A DNA stretch of 63,999 bases, the filler included, from Octopus bimaculoides (Eukaryota): NCBI RefSeq assembly GCF_001194135.2. It is 6 parts of 5 records of this genome, joined end to end, with 100 filler letters (N's around TTAATTAATTAA, not from the genome) between each part and the next. Parts side by side here need not be neighbours in the genome. Positions count along the whole stretch, not along the records: positions 10,442 to 38,278 come from NC_068985.1; 5 more parts are not named here. The stretch is one strand, 5' to 3'. Below, piece by piece: positions 13,235 through 26,412 of the stretch (within the stretch, counting starts at the first letter, position 1; every line of letters begins with the position of its first letter). The notes under the pieces are model-generated. The model worked only from the letters and a program-made list of their open reading frames with translations, was not told where the DNA came from and searched no databases. The position numbers were made by a program, and so were the translations under genes.

Positions 13235-13815
13235 ATAACAATAGCCCGGATGCAGTACCAGGCAGTGACAGTGTTTTGTCTTGGTATAAAAGATGGGCTA
13301 CAGCAAATATTCTGCTTAATACCACAGATTTGCTTGTCAGTTGTTTGACCTTAACCAGTTGAGCATGTCCCTTGGTGGCTGACGATATGTGCATCTCTGA
13401 TCATGAGCAGAAGTAGTGGGGGAGCATCATAGCCATGTGTTGAGAGGAATTCTTTGGGGCTTGAATAATTCACCTCTGGAAACACGGGTGTTTTGCTCAA
13501 CATCCTTAAATAAACCTTATTCAGGGACCTTTTGAGCGGGATGGGCTACTCGACCTGAANNNNNNNNNNNNNNNNNNNNNNNNNNNNNNNNNNNNNNNNN
13601 NNNNNNNNNNNNNNNAAAAAATTCTAACCGGGCCGCACCTGCGAGGTCATGCGCTGTTTATCTTGATATGAGATCACCATGTTGCGCATACATGGTTGTG
13701 GTGCATGTGCCTGGTGTACCCTTATCAGACGGGTAGTCATGATGGGTATACTGGGCTTCGTATATTTTACCCCAGTGTCACTTTGATGGTATGCAGTTCT
13801 CTCTCACTCAATAAT
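13235..13815 (+). mobile_element. Non-coding interspersed element bounded by (AAT)n
   Basis: Starts after (AAT)n and ends ...ctctctcactcaataataat. Its last about 100 bp recur at 14920-15025, again ending in (AAT)n. Confidence 0.55.
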
Positions 13816-13871
13816 AATAATAATGATAATAATAATAACAACCCAAACAACAATGGCAATCATAGTTCCTT

Positions 13872-14252
13872 TTGGTATTGGCACAACACCTAAAATGCTA
13901 CCATCCTTTGGAACTTCTCAATACAGACAGAAAAATTGACTCCAATCGACCAGACGTTGTGATCAAGAGCTACAACAGAGGAACTTGTTTGTTAATAGAT
14001 ATGTTTGTCCCGCAAGATCAAAATATCTCAAGAAAGGAATACGAAAAGCTTTCTCGCTATAAAGATCTGCAAAGTGAAATCACAAAAATGTGGAAGCTTA
14101 GTACTACGATAACAACAGTAGTAATTGGTGCGTTGGGAATGATAGAGAAAGGAGCTGAAAAGTGTATTAAGCAACTCCCTGGTAACTCTAATCTTAGTGA
14201 ATTTACCTTGATGGGCACAGCCCATATACTACGGAAAGCACTCTCCATCTAA
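13872..14252 (+). mobile_element. RLE-LINE 3' end (R4/Dong-like)
   Basis: TDRKIDSNRPDVVIK...CLLIDMFVPQDQNISRKEYEKLSRYKDL...GTAHILRKALSI: a PD-(D/E)xK restriction-like endonuclease signature. Confidence 0.8.
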
Positions 14253-14393
14253 AATAGAATAAATATGGTGATAATTTTAGCATGCGTTGCAAAACAAAAA
14301 TGCCCTTGCTACTCTTGGCCTCTAGAAAATGCCCGGTACTAAGGCTGTTGAAATAAAATTATAATGAAATGAAACCATAAATAATAATAATAA

Positions 14394-14915
14394 TGGTATA
14401 AACACACGCCAGAAAATGTCACAGAAAACGAGAAAGCAACCATACTCTAGGATATGCCAATACACACAGATAGAGATATTAAGGCCAATAAACCAGATAT
14501 AGTTGTCAAAGATCATGAAGAAAAAAATGCTTTCTAATTGATGTATCAATACCAGCAGATGACAACGTTTCCCTAAAAGAAATGGAAAAACTTTCAAAAT
14601 ACAAAGACCTGGAAATAGAGGTAACTCGAATGTGGAATCTAAAAACAGAAACAATTCCTATCATAGTAGGTGCCTTAGGTATAATAAAAAAAATATTCAG
14701 ACAAATACATAACAAAAACACCAGGACTTACAAATATATATAACATACAGAAAATTGCACTACTGGGTACTGCACACATTCTACGCAAAACACTTTCAAT
14801 ACAGTAAACATAAGAGCACCACAGCAAACCACAGCACATACCCAAGGCGCACAGAGCTGCGCTCGGTAGTGAAGTGAAAGCACGTTATAAAAATAAAACT
14901 ACTGAACAATAATAA
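14394..14915 (+). mobile_element. RLE-LINE 3' end with 3' UTR (R4/Dong-like), flanked by (AAT)n
   Basis: WYKHTPENVTENEKATIL*DMPIHTDRDIKANKPDIVVKDHEEKKCFLIDVSIP...KEMEKLSKYKDL...QKIALLGTAHILRKTLSIQ*, with one stop and one frameshift. Confidence 0.85.
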
Positions 14916-16394
14916 TAATATGGTTGTGATGCATGTGCCTGGTGTACCGTTATCCAACGGGTAGTCATGATGGGTATATTGGGCCAGTGTCACTTTGATG
15001 GCATGCACTGCTCTCTCACTCAATAATAATAATAATAATAATAATAATAATCCTTTCTACTATAGGCAGGCCTGGAAATTTGGGGGAGAGGGTTAGTCGA
15101 TATTTAATTTATCGACCCTGGAAAAATGAAAGGCAAAGTCGACCACGGCAGAATTTGAACCCCAGAACATAAAGACAGATGGAATGCCTCTAAGCATCTT
15201 GTCCGTAGTGCTAACAATTCCGTCAGCTCGCTCTTCCTGTAATGAATAATAATAATAAATAATAATAATAATAATAAATAATAATAATAATAGTGTAAGT
15301 GTGCGTGCCTATGTTCACATAAATTCAAACAAATAGATTTTTAGATAGATATGTAGATTAGCTAGTAGTAAATGTATTCCAAAAAGGAAGAAGTGAGAAT
15401 AAATAGATATGCCAAAATGTTGAGGACACAGTACTCGAAATAATAACATCTGCAATGCACATATTTCTGAATAGCTGGTGATTAACTATATATCTACGCC
15501 CTACCACCTCTTTTACTTGTTTTTTTTTTTCGTTTCTCTTTTTTTTTTCTTTTTGGTCGTTAAGAAACTGGCACCAGAGGGCCTTTCATACATTAAAAAC
15601 TTCTCCAGGAAAAGATAGCTCATGCATACTTTCATTGTATTATCACAATAGTTGGAAGGTACCAGTTGCCAGCAGTTTGTTCGATTTTCAGAGTCTGTCC
15701 CACATTAACAAAGAGTTGGGCTTTCTTATCTATTTTTTTTTTGCAACTATAACATCAACAATGAGAGAGAAATGGTGAAGGTGTTGGTGGTGTTGTTGGT
15801 GTCTGTGGTGGTGGTGGTTGTTGCAACCATTAACCATTATTCGAATGGTAATGACAATACTTCTATATTCACTTACATCATATCACACTTGCAGACTCAA
15901 CTAGGTTACGTATATATATATATATATATATATCTTTTTGTTATGCTTTTTTTTTATTTTCGAAAATTCAGCAAAATAATTATCTACATACATGAAGTGA
16001 TACAGACAGAATTATGTTCACTCATGCATACACAAACATAGACACACGCACATACACACACACTTATATGTAAGTATGAACATATCTCTTTTTCTGCTTG
16101 TGAATATATTTATGAACGTATGTGAATATACGTGCATACATTCATGCGCGCATACATAGGTGTGTGTGTGTGTGTAGTGCATTTAATGATATCCATACAT
16201 ATATGCATAAATAGATATAAAACTCATTTACATATCTACACACGCCATTTGTAAATGACGGATTACGCAACCAGTTTAGCACCCATCCTCTACACGCACA
16301 GATAGACGCATACCAGTTTATTGGTTTGAATAATTTCTTTTCGAGGCAATTCACATAAGCAAATCATTAAGAATTGATCAATTGAAAAAAATAT

Positions 16395-16890
16395 TATTAT
16401 TATTATTGTTGTTCAGTAGTTTTATTTTTATAACGTGCTTTCACTTCACTACCGAGCGCAGCTCTGTGTGCCTTGGGTATGTGCTGTGGTTTGCTGTGAT
16501 GCTCTTATGGTTACTGTATTGAAAGCGTTTTGCGTAGGATGTGTGCAGTGCCCAGTAGTGCAATTTTCTGTATGTTATATATATTTGTAAGTCCTGGTGT
16601 TTTTGTTATGTATTTGTCTGAATATTTTTTTATTCTACCTAAGGCACCTACTATGATAGGAATTATTTCTGTTTTTAGATTCCACATTCGAGTTACCTNN
16701 NNNNNNNNNNNNNNNNNNNNNNNNNNNNNNNNNNNNNNNNNNNNNNNNNNNNNNNNNNNNNNNNNNNNNNNNNNNNNNNNNNNNNNNNNNNNNNNNNNNN
16801 NNNNNNNNNNNNNNCTGTGTGTATTGGCATATCCCAGAGTATGGTTGCTTTCTCGTTTTCTGTGACCTTTTCTGGCGTGTGTTTATACCA
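16395..16890 (-). mobile_element. Second copy of the 14394-14915 RLE-LINE 3' end
   Basis: Reverse complement is close to identical (roughly 95% by eye) over visible parts; internal N gap; (AAT)n tail. Confidence 0.85.
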
Positions 16891-18099
16891 TCTTTTTTCT
16901 GTTGTTATTCCATAGTGTTGGCATAGCTTCCAGTGTATATAGTAGGTTATTATTATTATTATTACAATTTTTTTTATTATTTTGTTCTATATAAGATGGT
17001 GAGCTGATAGAATTGTTAGCGCTTTAGACAAAATTGCTTTGTGGCATTTCTTCTGGCACTTTACATTCCGAGTTCAAATTCCGCCGTGGTCATCTTTGCC
17101 TTTCACCCTTTTGGGAGCGATAAAGTAAAGTTCCAGTCAAATTTTGAAGTCGATGTAATCAACTAACGCCGCATCCCAAATTTCAGGCCTTGTGTTTATA
17201 GTAAATACGATTATTGTTTAAGGTGGCGAGCTGGCAGAATTGTTAACACGTAGGGCAAAATTCTTAGCAGTATTTCTTCTGCTTTACGTTCTGAGTTCAA
17301 ACTACGCAGTGGCCGACTTTACCTTTCAGGGTCAATGGAATAAGCATTGGGGGTCGATGTAATTGACTTAACCCCTTCCCCTGAAATCATTTAATTTTTG
17401 TGTCAGCAAGAAGCCCCGCATATAGCTCTTCTTTTCTAACTACTCTGTTGTAAAGAATTTTATTCTCTGTTGTTGATCAGAAGAAGAAACCATGGCGATG
17501 AAATTTTCGATCGGAGTTAATGTTTAGAATAGCAATCTTGATGCCAGCTTTCCAATCTTAACCCTAAGCACCCCTCACCTACACGCGATCACAACTATCT
17601 GTGACGACGCAACAAGTCACAACAATGGGAACAACAACAATACAACCATGCAACAATAGAAAACGAAATAGACGGCGACAGTGACATAACAATCACCACG
17701 ACTACCGTCCCTATAATAAATAGCGGTGACTACAGACAATGACGACTATAAAGAAGAGTTACAGCAGCAAGAACAACAATGATAACAACGTCAATAACAA
17801 CATTAATAATGAGAACGATGAATATAAGTTAACAGCAGCAACAGCACACTTCCCAGTATTAGCACCGCCAATATCTTTAACACGAACACTATTAGCAACA
17901 CTAATAATGCAGGTTGCAAATCAAGTGCTACAGCGTTTGCTAATGTGATTCAAATACAAGAATCAATTTCTCTATCATTGCAAAATTCGAAAAGTGCCCA
18001 AAATTTCCTAACCAAAACTGGAAGAACGGAGACCGGTCAGGAATCATTTTGTAACACTCCTAACGAGAGACCAACCTCTCCTTATATCGATCTATCTCG

Positions 18100-19990
18100 G
18101 TCGGTGAGTGGTAAAATTAAAGATAGTCGATGCGCCATCACAAATAGATATCTGTTAGCTAGTAGCAGGGGCTGTTTGGGGCGAGTCGATAAGAGAGGGA
18201 GGAAAACCCTTCAGAAACTTGCCCAGACATTTCTAACTGTTTGACAGGCACCCACTGGATTTCCCAAAGGTATCAATGTGGACACGAACAAATCGCATGG
18301 GATCATCCAGATGGTATCTAGATGGAGTATTCTGGGGACTAGTAGATAAAGAAAGCGTAAGCTTTCATTTATTTATTCAGACCAAACATTTGAGAGCGGT
18401 CTAGATAGGCTTCCCAGGGAAGGCATCCAGTTACTGAAAGCTGCATGCGTAGTTCCTGGTATGCAAAGATCAGATTAGCAAATCGTTTCACGAGTATCGA
18501 TAGAGGCAATTTTTAGCAACGGCTGGCGGTTCACTTTGAAAAGAACAATTGGAAGAGAATGAGGCTTAGTAATAAAGTAGCGAAAGAGAAAACTAGATTA
18601 GAGATATCCAGTTAGAAACTTGTGGAGGCGCAATGGCCCAGTGGTTAGGGCAGCGGACTCGCGGTCATAGGATCGCGGTTTCGATTCCCAGACCGGGCGT
18701 TGTGAGTGTTTATTGAGCGAAAACACCTAAAGCTCCACGAGACTCCGGCAGGGGATGGTGGCGAACCCTGCTGTACTCTTCCACCACAACTTTCTCTCAC
18801 TCTTACTTCCTGTTTCTGTTGTGCCTGTAATTCAAAGGGTCAGCCTTGTCACACTGTGTCACGCTGAATATACCCGAGAACTACTTTTAGGGTACACGTG
18901 TCCGTGGAGTGCTCAGCCACTTGCNNNNNNNNNNNNNNNNNNNNNNNNNNNNNNNNNNNNNNNNNNNNNNNNNNNNNNNNNNNNNNNNNNNNNNNNNNNN
19001 NNNNNNNNNNNNNNNNNNNNNNNNNNNNNNNNNNNNNNNNNNNNNNNNNNNNNNNNNNNNNNNNNNNNNNNNNNNNNNNNNNNNNNNNNNNNNNNNNNNN
19101 NNNNNNNNNNNNNNNNNNNNNNNNNNNNNNNNNNNNNNNNNNNNNNNNNNNNNNNNNNNNNNNNNNNNNNNNNNNNNNNNNNNNNNNNNNNNNNNNNNNN
19201 NNNNNNNNNNNNNNNNNNNNNNNNNNNNNNNNNNNNNNNNNNNNNNNNNNNNAAAAAAAAACACACTTCGGTCTTTAACAGACCATGAGGAGCATATGCT
19301 ACTCGATCCCAAGACAATACGTGCTGCTTTTCAGTAACTCTTTGATCGAATGTTCGGTACGTGTAGCAGGCCAGATCGGAGAGCGGAGTTCAACCACGAC
19401 GACCTGTTGCAACTCTTGGGAAGAGAGACCGAGTGTTGTGAAAGCCGATAACAGTCACTGAAATACAGGAAGCATTGGTTTGCTGCACGCGGGGCAAATT
19501 GCTCGGTTTGGATGGACTTATCCCGAGAACTTTATACCAGACTTGTTCGGCGAGTTCTTGGCAGATATTTACCGCAACCAGCAGGAGTTATAAGACTAGA
19601 AACGGTAGTGCTACTGAGAAATGATAGATAAAAGGCAGTGGGGACCACATTCATAATTTTTGCTTCATAACACTGTTAAACAAAGGTTTCAAGATTTTGA
19701 CCAAGGTTTTAGTGAACAGGTTGTCATTGGTAGTTTGATTGGTGATGATACGCAGACTTGCCTCATTCCAAACAAATCTATCCACCACAACTCTAAATGA
19801 TGCGATGCATCTTAGAGAGGTTGGGTAAGTACTCTAGCATGGGTAAGGGCCTTGATAAACTTAGATCAATCGAGATCCTTCTATAGGGTTGAATACCAAT
19901 ATTTGTTGGCAGTTAGTTTCGCTTTTCAGGAACCCGGTCTTCGCAATGTACAATGATATTTATTCGGTGGTCAGAATCAATGAAGCATCA
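18100..19990 (+). mobile_element. Decayed L1/Tx1-clade ORF2 (APE endonuclease and reverse transcriptase), interrupted by a SINE and a gap
   Basis: Fragments MWTRTNRMGSSRWYLDGV (APE), PITVTEIQEAL...GKLLGLDGL, ITLLNKGFKILTKVLVNRL and MYNDIYSVVRIN (RT), with many stops and frameshifts. Confidence 0.7.
18622..18924 (+). mobile_element. SINE family C with intact tRNA-like head
   Basis: gtggaggcgcaatggcccagtggttagggcagcggactcgcggtcataggatcgcggtttcgattcc contains A-box and B-box-like motifs. Confidence 0.9.
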
Positions 19991-20565
19991 TACTGAATGG
20001 TTCCGAAAATTCGAAGCCATTATAATAGTTAATATTATTGGTGGTGGTGACTTGCGGTATCATTAGAGACTCGGACAAAATGCTTAGCAACATTTCTTCC
20101 GGCTCTTTACACTCTGAGTTCAAATCTAACTACAGTCAACTTTGCCTGTCATCCTTTCGGGGTGTCAATAAAATGAAGTACCAATCAAATAATGAGGCCG
20201 ACAAACTCTATTCCCTCAAAATTGCTTGCTTCGTGCCAAAATTTGAAACCATTATTTTTATTGTTTCCGTGCAGAATGATCGTTGTCATTTATTTTTGTT
20301 ATTTGATTATTTGTATTTGTTTGATATTTTGGAATTTTTATTTATATCCCCACCTCCCCACTAATATTGGCAATAGAGTCTTCATTAGTCCGCTTGGCTT
20401 CAGGTTTGGCGTTGGTCCAAAATTTATGGTTCCAGCCACAAAATAGGTCAGTCGCTGGAACCCTTCGAAGAATATGGTAATGTTCTGTTGACTAGTGCAT
20501 GTTTAATTGAAGTGGATTGTACAACTGATTCCGCATGTGCGTGCGCGTGTGCGTATGTTGCGTGC

Positions 20566-20601
<36 letters not shown>

Positions 20602-20977
20602 ATGCCTCTGAATATTTTGCGTAATGTTACATATAAGCAAAATTGATAATACTGAGTAACTGGAGGAGTTAGAAACAGGTACATTCATATGTACATACAT
20701 TCACACACTCACATACATATACACAAGAACGCACGCACGTACACACATTTGTTGACGCAAACAGGAAAATAGAAGTCAAAACATGAGCATGTGTGTACAT
20801 ATATATATATATTGTTAATCATGAAAGAGAAAATGGAGAATTATGGATGTATAAATAATTTATCTGTATGATATAATGAGGTTGAAAGTTTTATATAATA
20901 GTGATCAACCAGTGAAATTTTGGGATTATTTAATCCCTAATGAGGACCTGACATCCTAGAATTGACTCCTCTTCACC

Positions 20978-22400
20978 TTGGACATCAAATCCCTATACAT
21001 GGTGATTCCCCACAACAACGGTCTCTTAGCCCTCCACTACTTCCTCAACCGTCGCCCTGACCCCACACCCAGAACCTCCACCCTTCTTCGTCTTACAGAG
21101 CTCGTCCTTACCCTTAGCTGTTTTACGTTCGCCTGGGAGACCTACCAACATTCGTCTGGGGTCACTATGGGAACTAGAATGGGCTCCGATTTCGCCAACA
21201 TATTTGTTGGTCACATTGAGGCCCAAGTTTTTTTTCCCAATTCTCCGAACCGAGCCCAGAGCTATACGGTCGCTAAATAGACGATTGTATAGGCGCCACC
21301 TCCTCCTCCTGCCGCTTCATCTCTTTCCTCTCTAACTTTCGCCTTTATCTCCAATTTACCTCTACCATCTNNNNNNNNNNNNNNNNNNNNNNNNNNNNNN
21401 NNNNNNNNNNNNNNNNNNNNNNNNNNNNNNNNNNNNNNNNNNNNNNNNNNNNNNNNNNNNNNNNNNNNNNNNNNNNNNNNNNNNNNNNNNNNNNNNNNNN
21501 NNNNNNNNNNNNNNNNNNNNNNNNNNNNNNNNNNNNNNNNNNNNNNNNNNNNNNNNNNNNNNNNNNNNNNNNNNNNNNNNNNNNNNNNNNNNNNNNNNNN
21601 NNNNNNNNNNNNNNNNNNNNNNNNNNNNNNNNNNNNNNNNNNNNNNNNNNNNNNNNNNNNNNNNNNNNNNNNNNNNNNNNNNNNNNNNNNNNNNNNNNNN
21701 NNNNNNNNNNNNNNNNNNNNNNNNNNNNNNNNNNNNNNNNNNNNNNNNNNNNNNNNNNNNNNNNNNNNNNNNNNNNNNNNNNNNNNNNNNNNNNNNNNNN
21801 NNNNNNNNNNNNNNNNNNNNNNNNNNNNNNNNNNNNNNNNNNNNNNNNNNNNNNNNNNNNNNNNNNNNNNNNNNNNNNNNNNNNNNNNNNNNNNNNNNNN
21901 NNNNNNNNNNNNNNNNNNNNNNNNNNNNNNNNNNNNNNNNNNNNNNNNNNNNNNNNNNNNNNNNNNNNNNNNNNNNNNNNNNNNNNNNNNNNNNNNNNNN
22001 NNNNNNNNNNNNNNNNNNNNNNNNNNNNNNNNNNNNNNNNNNNNNNNNNNNNNNNNNNNNNNNNNNNNNNNNNNNNNNNNNNNNNNNNNNNNNNNNNNNN
22101 NNNNNNNNNNNNNNNNNNNNNNNNNNNNNNNNNNNNNNNNNNNNNNNNNNNNNNNNNNNNNNNNNNNNNNNNNNNNNNNNNNNNNNNNNNNNNNNNNNNN
22201 NNNNNNNNNNNNNNNNNNNNNNNNNGCACGGACTCGCCCGTCATTTCCGCTTGGCCAACCACTCCCCCTCTAACATCTCCGTCTTTGGCCTCGTCCTGCA
22301 CCACGGAACCACATACTCGCAACTCCGCCTGGAACAGCGTTACATTTTCAGTCTACAAATACAAATTCCTTTCGGACTCAACACAACCCCCTCCTCTAAA
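20978..22400 (+). mobile_element. Penelope-like element ORF relic (RT before the gap, GIY-YIG C-terminus after it)
   Basis: DIKSLYMVIP; GVTMGTRMGSDFANIFVG; R*IDD; after the gap ARHFRLANHS...LRLEQRYIFSLQIQIPFGLN. Confidence 0.8.
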
Positions 22401-22970
22401 CAACTATCTCTACAAACCCCCTAAAAAAAGCAACTTCTTATTTTATTTTATTTTAGTTCATCTTATTTTATCCTCTCTTATACCCACTTTTTTACACTGT
22501 TACCCCTTCTCGATTTTTTATCATTTTCTTTCTGTCGTATTGCTGAACTTTTTAATTGCGTTATTTTTTATAATTGTATTAATTTCTATTTTATCCCTTT
22601 CATTTCTATTATTTTATTTTTATATTTTATCTTTATCTGCTAATTTTCGTAAATTTTTTTACATCTTGTACCCTTTACTCCTCCCCCCTTTATTTATCAA
22701 TCTTATTTTATTATATTTTACTTTATTTTTATATATACACGCACACATACATACACACACGTACATATATACACACACACAAAAAATACACGCACCCGCG
22801 CACACACTTAAACGCACATATACCTCACACACACACAACACACATATACAGGCACATACACACGCATATGCACACATACATACACGCACACACATCAATG
22901 CACATATACCTCACATATACCGCCCACACACATCACAAACACACAACACGCACACACTGGACTTTCCTTT

Positions 22971-23005
22971 GTTTCATAAGAAGAGCGTTGCTCGAAACGT
23001 TAAAC
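22971..23005 (+). ncRNA. Degenerate minimal type I hammerhead ribozyme in the PLE terminal repeat
   Basis: GTTT-CATAAGA-A-GAGC(gtt)GCTC-GAA-ACGT-T-AAAC. Stem I, stem II and the palindromic ACGT stem III are intact; CUGANGA has two substitutions. Confidence 0.5.
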
Positions 23006-23124
23006 CCTCTTTCTTCCCTTCCCTGAGCGTCTGCTTATACTTTACATATACCACCTCCCCGCGTTGTTGTGCTTTATTGTGTTTGTTGTTCTTTTGGGGA
23101 TTTACTATATATATATGCAGGGAA

Positions 23125-23156
<32 letters not shown>

Positions 23157-26100
23157 GAGAAAGAGAGAGAGAGAGAGACATATACTTATTGATACAGACA
23201 CACATATGTGTATATATATATATGTATATATATNNNNNNNNNNNNNNNNNNNNNNNNNNNNNNNNNNNNNNNNNNNNNNNNNNNNNNNNNNNNNNNNNNN
23301 NNNNNNNNNNNNNNNNNNNNNNNNNNNNNNNNNNNNNNNNNNNNNNNNNNNNNNNNNNNNNNNNNNNNNNNNNNNNNNNNNNNNNNNNNNNNNNNNNNNN
23401 NNNNNNNNNNNNNNNNNNNNNNNNNNNNNNNNNNNNNNNNNNNNNNNNNNNNNNNNNNNNNNNNNNNNNNNNNNNNNNNNNNNNNNNNNNNNNNNNNNNN
23501 NNNNNNNNNNNNNNNNNNNNNNNNNNNNNNNNNNNNNNNNNNNNNNNNNNNNNNNNNNNNNNNNNNNNNNNNNNNNNNNNNNNNNNNNNNNNNNNNNNNN
23601 NNNNNNNNNNNNNNNNNNNNNNNNNNNNNNNNNNNNNNNNNNNNNNNNNNNNNNNNNNNNNNNNNNNNNNNNNNNNNNNNNNNNNNNNNNNNNNNNNACA
23701 ATATCTCACTTTGCTTACATGTGTGACAGCAGTTATATGGGTAAAATGGCTGAGTAGGTGGGGGGCCCTTTACGCCGGTCCCCTACTTTATATAAATATC
23801 TTAATCAGAAGGGAAAAAGCTGCACCATCGAGCATTTCCAAGGCTTTAATAGTGTGTGTGTGAGGAGGACAATAGCATGGCTGGGTGCGGGGAGAGCGAT
23901 AGGGGCAGTCGACTTCGGACGAAGCTTTTATAGAAGTGGCACTTTTGGGTCTGCTGCATAAGCGTGTATAGGGGACGGCAGGGAGAAGAATTCTCAAGGG
24001 CTTCCCCCGGATGGCGTACACTGTAGCTATGTCATTAAAGAAAAGAGAAAGTTTTGCTCACATTGTAGACCTAGCCCCTAATGACTCATCTGGTGATACA
24101 ACAGGGCGGGTTGCATGAAACCCCATAACGCCATGAATCGCCCCTCAGTGATACTCCGCCTGGATCCACAGTCTCGAAAGAGACCGATAAACTAAGTACT
24201 ACACTTACAAAGAATAAGTCCTGCGGACATACTGGAGCAATGCCTTAAAGGGTTTTAGCCGAACAAATCGACCCTATAACTTTGTTTTAATGTCTACTAC
24301 TTACTATACCGGTCTCTTATGCCGAACCGCTAAGTTACGGGAACGTAAACATACCAACACCGGTTGTCAAGCGGTGGTCGGGCACAAACACAAAGTCACA
24401 CACACACACACACACACGCACGCAGTGGGACTGGAAATACATTTATACATAAGATGAATACGATCATATGTTGTTATGGCCTTGTCAAAGACATAGGCCG
24501 CATAAATAAATAGTCATTAGCCATGAATTGAAACCTTATCACAGATTTGACTTTCCTTTAACTATGTACTGCTGCTTTTCTCATTCATACACTCACATAC
24601 ATATGCATGATACACACACACATTACGTTTTTACTAAGACACGAGCTTACATATTTAATATATATATATATGTAATATATTGCAAGCATGACAGTCAAGT
24701 TAAGAAGCTCAGGTCGAATTTCAGTGGTTTGAGATTCGATATTGCTATGAAGTACCTCAGAACGATATATTTTACTCCTGCCTTTAATTAACCAAATCCA
24801 TGTAAGTGAAATTTAGATGGCAACTATATGGAAGCCAGTCTTGGCTTGTAGACTTAATCCGTCGATCGGCTTAACCTTTTTACTGCGAAAATGAAATATA
24901 TCCATTTAAAATGGAAAATAGCTTTATATCCCAATCTATCTTTTGTTGAGGGATGCTATGTTTGCGGCTATTTTTTTGCTGAAATATGTCAAGTTTATTG
25001 AGGCTACGTGACGTACAGAAAGTAACAGTTATATATTTTTTAGTAGATATTTAACATCATTACTAGAATAAACTTTTAAATTTAATTTCACAGTTGGAGC
25101 CCTTTAATACAGTTCACTCAGTTATAAGCATTTAGGTCAGCTCTGCTGTCTGAAAGTAAGTTCACGTCTTCCAAACAGTCTCGGGGCCTTGAAGAGACCC
25201 ATAGGCCTGATAAACGTTTCTTTTCTGCTCGGACCAATCGGAGGAAAAAATTCAAATTCAGGCACAAGAACAGCAATTTTGAGGGTAGGGAATTCGTCGA
25301 TAACATCGATTTTATTTTAGTGATTCCAGAAACATGAAAGCAAAGTTGACTTCGGGAGTATTTGAACTCAAAACGTACAGAACCGAGAGAAATACTACAA
25401 GTAATTTTGTGCAGTTCTCTATTGGTTCTGCTAATCCATCGTTTTAAACGAGAAAATGAAATAAAGTAGAATAAAATAAAATAAGTAAGAAAAAATAAGT
25501 AAAATAAAAAGGTCTGTTCAATGGTACAATATCTTATTTTGTTTGGTTTCATGAATGAAATTTTATACGTGAAATAAATGAAACTTTAAGTCATGACGCG
25601 AAACCTGCCCGCAAGCTAAACAGGTTAACTGGGATATTGGTTTTTACTATATACTACTCGCTCGTCCTCAGTTGGCACGTCACACTGCCATCCACTTCTA
25701 TGTGATGACGGTAAGACTCGGTGCTCTGCTGCGAACAGCTTCACTGAACATACACATGTATTTAGCGAAGGTAATTTTTCATAACAGATTCCAAATGACA
25801 TAAACGTTGATTAGGGTCAACTTGATATCAAGTGGGGTCCAGTCGGTAGCAGAAAGACTTGTGTAATTACATGGCAGGAGAATGCCAAAGGGGTTAATAG
25901 GGATATCTAGGGCACCATTTATTATTAGTTTACGACAGGTATCAACCTTCTGACTCACGTAATTTAGATCTCCGCTTTCATGTCTCCTCTTCCTCCTCCT
26001 CCTCTCTCTCTCTCTTTTACACACATTCGCTATTTGTCTCTCTCTTCCTCTCTTGCAATTCCTGTGACGTCGGTTCTCTTGCTTTACTAAATTCACCCAA

Positions 26101-26345
26101 TCAATCACAGTCAACCACTCAATCAATATCAATCAATTAATCAGTATTTCTCTTCAGCAAGCTTTCTGTCTGTCTGTCTGTCCGTCTCTCTTTCTCTTGC
26201 TCACTCTCATACTCACCTCTCTCTCTCTCTGGGTATAAAGTGACCGACCACGTTTATATATTATGTGTGCATATATATTCGCACAGAACTAGACACACAT
26301 ACATACATATATATGTATCAGTTTATTTTTCATCTCTCTCTCTCA

Positions 26346-26412
<67 letters not shown>

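Noticed and set aside
17600-17950. Asn/Thr-rich ORF 17739..17948
   Set aside because: Decayed (AAC/GAC)n trinucleotide repeat.
18622-18700. tRNA genes here and at 34090-34168, 52105-52165 and 60017-60090
   Set aside because: A and B boxes are present but acceptor stems do not pair, and each continues into a multicopy SINE body.
25600-26150. Possible promoter (CRE tgacgtc, CCAAT-like runs)
   Set aside because: Isolated short motifs with no linked exon or transcript evidence.
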